The notes under the pieces are model-generated. The model was not told the DNA's origin and did not search any database. It saw only the letters and a program-made list of their open reading frames with translations. Of a DNA stretch of 64,000 bases, positions 62,321 through 64,000 are shown piece by piece (within the stretch, counting starts at the first letter, position 1; every line of letters starts with the position of its first letter). A program made the translations under genes and the position numbers. The stretch is from Escherichia coli (GTDB lineage: Bacteria > Pseudomonadota > Gammaproteobacteria > Enterobacterales > Enterobacteriaceae): assembly GCF_003018115.1 (NCBI RefSeq), contig NZ_CP027457.1. One strand, given 5' to 3'.

Positions 62321-62561
62321 GTGGTGGGCGTTCGGAATAAGGCAGCCTGACAGAGATTATCCAGTGCCGATAGTCGAGACTGAGAGCTTTCTTAACCTCG
62401 AACCCGCGCCTGCGGTAAGAATGAATCAGCCATTCGGCCTGTTCTGCAGTGCATGGAGGGTGCTGGAACCATTCAGACTTGAATGCGTGAGAATACCGCC
62501 CGTGCGTGCAGGCAAGAACGGGCGAATTATCAGAATTGTAATATTTTGCGTTGCGTGCCAT
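62283..62561 (-). CDS. Hypothetical 92-aa protein immediately upstream of ydfU
   Basis: ORF MARNAKYYNSDNSPVLACTHGRYSHAFKSEWFQHPPCTAEQAEWLIHSYRRRGFEVKK...; non-random composition; ends where the shorter ydfU start would lie. Confidence 0.4.
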   Translation of the reverse strand: MARNAKYYNSDNSPVLACTHGRYSHAFKSEWFQHPPCTAEQAEWLIHSYRRRGFEVKKALSLDYRHWIISVRLPYSERPPRASRTFQQRIWR

Positions 62562-62627
62562 CGGTTTTCTCCGGTGGCACGGTGTTACTCAGCGGGAGTT
62601 CAGCCCCGCGCAAGATTGTAGATGAGT

Positions 62628-62879
62628 TTATTCTCCTGAAAAAGCAGAAAAGCCAGCTTTTATTCCGATCTCTTTCAATGCCTGTAATGAAGTGACAAAC
62701 TCACCTTCGCGCAAGATAAATCCGTCCGTGACCCGAGCATCCACAAAATTAATTAACGCAGCCCCATTCTTTCGCAAACACATAATGCGGTAATGACTAA
62801 CAAGATTTCCATTTTCAACGCACACAGCATAGAGGCCATCTTCACAAAAAATTTTACGCAGTTCTTCGATGTTCATCAT
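62628..62879 (-). CDS. rem: Qin prophage protein Rem
   Basis: 83-aa ORF MMNIEELRKIFCEDGLYAVCVENGNLVSHYRIMCLRKNG... Confidence 0.8.
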   Translation of the reverse strand: MMNIEELRKIFCEDGLYAVCVENGNLVSHYRIMCLRKNGAALINFVDARVTDGFILREGEFVTSLQALKEIGIKAGFSAFSGE

Positions 62880-62997
62880 CAGAATCCTTCCGGATAATTA
62901 GCTCTCCCCTTTAAGGGACCATCCCTCTTATCCCTGCGCGCTACTTAAGTATTTTTGATTCTATTCCGGCACCGTCCAGAACTTCAAACGCGTTGAA

Positions 62998-63027
62998 AAT
63001 AAAAACAAAAACCCGCCGAAGCGGGTT
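62998..63027 (-). terminator. Rho-independent terminator downstream of hokD (end of relB-relE-hokD operon)
   Basis: Hairpin AACCCGC-TTCG-GCGGGTT followed by T-run on the minus strand. Confidence 0.55.
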
Positions 63028-63095
63028 AAGTGCGGGTGCGTTGAGGATGCCTGCCACATCAGAGGTGGCGAGGGATTTCTCCCCCGCCGGGTCTC

Positions 63096-63251
63096 TTACT
63101 CCTCAGGTTCGTAAGCTGTGAAGACAGCGACCTCCGTCTGGCCGGTTCGGATTCGTACCTCGCAGAGGTCTTTCCTCGTTACCAGTGCCGTCACTATGAC
63201 GGTTAAACAGATGACGATCAGGGCGATTAACATCGCCTTTTGCTGCTTCAT
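63096..63251 (-). CDS. hokD: Hok-family membrane toxin HokD (RelF), 51 aa
   Basis: Minus-strand translation MKQQKAMLIALIVICLTVIVTALVTRKDLCEVRIRTGQTEVAVFTAYEPEE; below ORF-track cutoff. Confidence 0.85.
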   Translation of the reverse strand: MKQQKAMLIALIVICLTVIVTALVTRKDLCEVRIRTGQTEVAVFTAYEPEE

Positions 63252-63322
63252 AGCCTGCTTCTCCTGTCAACGCAAAGCAGAAGTGTCACCTTCGGTGCGA
63301 AACAGAGATGTCATGCTTTGGT

Positions 63323-63610
63323 TCAGAGAATGCGTTTGACCGCCTCGCTATATACTTCCGAGCGTTCTCTTTTCCCAACAGAAATCACGAAAACGACAAC
63401 TTTCTCGTCTATAACCTGGTATACAAGGCGATAGCCTGAAGACCGGAGCTTAATCTTGTAACAATCAGGCATACCACGGAGCTTGTTTGCTTCAATCCGG
63501 GGTGACTCAAGTACTTCAACCAGCTTCTTTTTCAACTGTTCACGTACCGTCGAGCCCAGCTTTCGCCATTCCTTTAGTGCCCGCTCGTCAAAATCCAGAA
63601 AATACGCCAT
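63323..63610 (-). CDS. relE: RelE mRNA interferase toxin
   Basis: 95-aa ORF MAYFLDFDERALKEWRKLGSTVREQLKKKL... Confidence 0.95.
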   Translation of the reverse strand: MAYFLDFDERALKEWRKLGSTVREQLKKKLVEVLESPRIEANKLRGMPDCYKIKLRSSGYRLVYQVIDEKVVVFVISVGKRERSEVYSEAVKRIL

Positions 63611-63849
63611 CAGAGTTCATCCAGCGTCACACGTACTGGCTTAGGATTACGAAGCCGTTCTTTCACTATCTCCACAAGTTCAGCATCTTCATCACTCAGG
63701 AGTGTCTGTTTGAACGGCAAGCGTTCATTGTCAGCGATATACTCGAGCATGAGACGAAGCGCTTCAGAAGGAGTTACACCCATTTTTTCAAGCGCGGCGT
63801 AAGAACGCGCTTTAAGTTCATCGTCAATACGCAGGTTAATGCTACCCAT
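63610..63849 (-). CDS. relB: RelB antitoxin (RHH DNA-binding)
   Basis: 79-aa ORF MGSINLRIDDELKARSYAALEKMGVTPSEALRLMLEYIADNERLPF...; 1-nt overlap with relE. Confidence 0.95.
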   Translation of the reverse strand: MGSINLRIDDELKARSYAALEKMGVTPSEALRLMLEYIADNERLPFKQTLLSDEDAELVEIVKERLRNPKPVRVTLDEL

Positions 63850-63860
63850 GTCTTACACCT

Positions 63861-63887
63861 CTTGTAATTACAAATGTCATTACAAGT
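63861..63887 (-). promoter_or_regulatory. relO: relBE operator: palindromic repeats overlapping the relB promoter
   Basis: CTTGTAATTACAAATGTCATTACAAG directly upstream of relB start; 12-bp palindrome TTGTAATTACAA plus repeated ATTACAA. Confidence 0.7.
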
Positions 63888-64000
63888 ATCGCACTACAAC
63901 ATGCTTAGGGCAAGTCACGAAGGAAGTCAGAAAGTAGTCGTAAGAACGGTGATCACTGTCCGCTTTGTGCCAGGAGCAGCCATTGCTAAGTCCATCCTGT

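Noticed and set aside
63118-63339. 73-aa plus-strand ORF overlapping hokD
   Set aside because: Antisense to the intact hokD frame and the relE 3' end.

Overview
Enterobacterial (E. coli-type) chromosome running into a lambdoid prophage; all calls are from reading the sequence and ORF translations against remembered protein families, with no database search run. Positions 1-29122 are a mar-locus neighbourhood: yneF' (partial), yneG, glsB, sad, yneJ, yneK, ydeA, marC, marRAB, eamA, ydeE, mgtS, dgcZ, ydeI, ydeJ, dcp, ydfG, rspR, ydfZ, ydfI, and a 5'-truncated ydfJ. Two gene blocks interrupt the order I remember for K-12: a six-gene beta-glucoside PTS/porin/phospho-beta-glucosidase locus between marB and eamA (9369-15545), and a rhodanese plus DJ-1/PfpI-AraC regulator pair between ydeE and mgtS (17911-19372). 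From about 29123 to the window end lies a Qin-like prophage inserted in ydfJ. It carries ydfK, pinQ, tfaQ, a 1024-aa side tail fibre, lom, and a complete lambda-type morphogenesis module (J, I, K, L, M, H, G/G-T, V, U, Z, FII, FI, E, D, C/Nu3, B, W, A, Nu1) with a lambda-identical cos site. Beyond cos are ynfO, ydfO, gnsB, cspI, a phage-21-type lysis cassette (essQ, ydfR, rrrQ, rzpQ with embedded rzoQ), ynfU, cspB, cspF, quuQ, ydfU, rem, and the relB-relE-hokD operon. The integrase and early region lie outside the window. No tRNA, rRNA or CRISPR array was seen. I did not find a clearly new system; the most notable points are the intact lambda-like structural module at the Qin locus, the two accessory chromosomal insertions, and a few small unassigned ORFs.
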